A stretch of 63,928 nucleotides of DNA, the filler included, from Reticulomyxa filosa (lineage: Eukaryota > Protista > Foraminifera): NCBI GenBank assembly GCA_000512085.1. It is 18 parts of 18 records of this genome, joined end to end, with 100 filler letters (N's around TTAATTAATTAA, not from the genome) between each part and the next. Parts side by side here need not be neighbours in the genome. Positions count along the whole stretch, not along the records: positions 62,916 to 63,928 come from ASPP01036103.1; 17 more parts are not named here. One strand, written 5' to 3'. Of the stretch, positions 63,018 through 63,928 are shown one piece after another. Below the pieces are notes generated by a model. It did not search any database. It was given only the letters and a program-made list of their open reading frames with translations, and was not told where the DNA came from. Both the position numbers and the translations under genes were made by a program. Every line of letters begins with the position of its first letter. The stretch's first letter is position 1.

Positions 63018-63508
63018 AGGCTGTCGTCTTCGACTACAACAGTCTCAATAACACTGAAAAAGAGTATCTTAACTCTACTTGTGACAGCAACTATGAATGC
63101 ATGTATGACTTATACTTTACTAATAATAAAACGCTTGCTTTAGCTACAAAAGATACACATGACCAATTTGTTAATAAATCAAAAGAAATTGCTAACAACT
63201 TTGACTGCAGTCCTTCTTGTCAAAACAATGCAACTTGCTTAGATAACAATATATGTCAGTGTGTCGCTGGCTTTGCCGGAGATCGATGTGAAAATGACAT
63301 TACTGTCCCTACATACAATCAAACATATCTTAATCTCGTCTTAACTTCTCCAACCATTTCACCGACTTATTCACCTTCTCCTTCTCATTCCAAAAAATCT
63401 TTCTCTTCCACACCTTACTTTATCGTCGTTATTGTTGTTGTTGTTGTTGTCGTCGTTGTTGCTCTTGTTTTGATTTCAGTTGTATTTTTTGCTCGCTTTA
63501 AACAATGA
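62918..63508 (+). CDS. C-terminus of a single-pass membrane protein: Cys motif, EGF domain, S/P/T stalk, TM helix
   Basis: Frame open from the contig start; CDSNYECMYDLYFT...LALAT; EGF CSPSCQNNATCLDNNICQCVAGFAGDRC; poly-Val TM; ARFKQ*. Confidence 0.88.
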   Translation, partial: SIFESASIFESTSSIFESTSIFGSTSSIFESTSEAVVFDYNSLNNTEKEYLNSTCDSNYECMYDLYFTNNKTLALATKDTHDQFVNKSKEIANNFDCSPSCQNNATCLDNNICQCVAGFAGDRCENDITVPTYNQTYLNLVLTSPTISPTYSPSPSHSKKSFSSTPYFIVVIVVVVVVVVVALVLISVVFFARFKQ

Positions 63509-63928
63509 ACAACCTTTCAGTATCGAGTTTCAAATGACAGTCCCGTGATTTTTTTTATTTTTTATTTTTTTAGTTTGGCATCATACGTTTTCTTATTTTG
63601 TTGTTTGTGAGTATTTTACTTTTGTAAATTTTGTTACTTTTTTTTTTTTTTTTGTGCTACCTGAAAAATTTGTCATAAGTTTAATACAATTTTGATGACA
63701 ACTATAAAGTACCTCTCAATCAAAGAAAAATATTTCGGCAAAGTGCTTTGAACATTTTCCAATACTTTTTTTTATCATTTTTAAAACTGCTCAGAATGTT
63801 GACAAAAAAAAAAAAAAAAAAATGAGGCCATCCTAATGGAATAGTCGTTGAAAAATGGTGCCTTTTTTTCTTTTTTTTTTTTTAAAAAAAAAAAGTAAAT
63901 TGATTTTAAGTATTAGCGACGCTTCTTG

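Noticed and set aside
1-63928. tRNA, rRNA, CRISPR arrays, prokaryotic operons
   Set aside because: None recognised; the DNA is intron-containing eukaryotic sequence. A tRNAscan-SE/Infernal run would be needed to exclude small RNAs.

Overview
AT-rich eukaryotic DNA with short GT-AG introns. It is not one locus: 18 contig fragments are joined by 17 artificial 100-bp spacers (N44-TTAATTAATTAA-N44), so synteny is only meaningful inside a fragment. The expanded kelch/WD40 family, many decayed pseudogenes and a divergent alpha-tubulin relic suggest a foraminiferan such as Reticulomyxa (inference). Recognisable genes: RPA1, SCO1/2, RPS15 C-terminus, SUMO, a calmodulin-like protein, a Sec7 ArfGEF, a Ras-like GTPase, FYVE, TPR and kelch/WD40 proteins, an LCM-type methyltransferase and an EGF membrane protein. 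Highlights: (1) a near-intact ~6.1-kb non-LTR retrotransposon whose zinc-finger ORF, coiled-coil/RRM/prion-like ORF1 and APE-RT-CCHC ORF2 form one continuous ~1960-codon frame broken only by one extra A in an A14 run and one in-frame TGA (candidate recoding/readthrough LINE); (2) on one contig, an OAS-fold protein lacking its catalytic aspartates beside a cold-shock-like/Schlafen (AlbA_2) gene, with a calmodulin-like gene between them; (3) an RG/GW-repeat protein; (4) a phase-0 linker exon shared by kelch, WD40 and fused kelch-WD40 genes. All family calls come from motif recognition by eye; no database searches were run.
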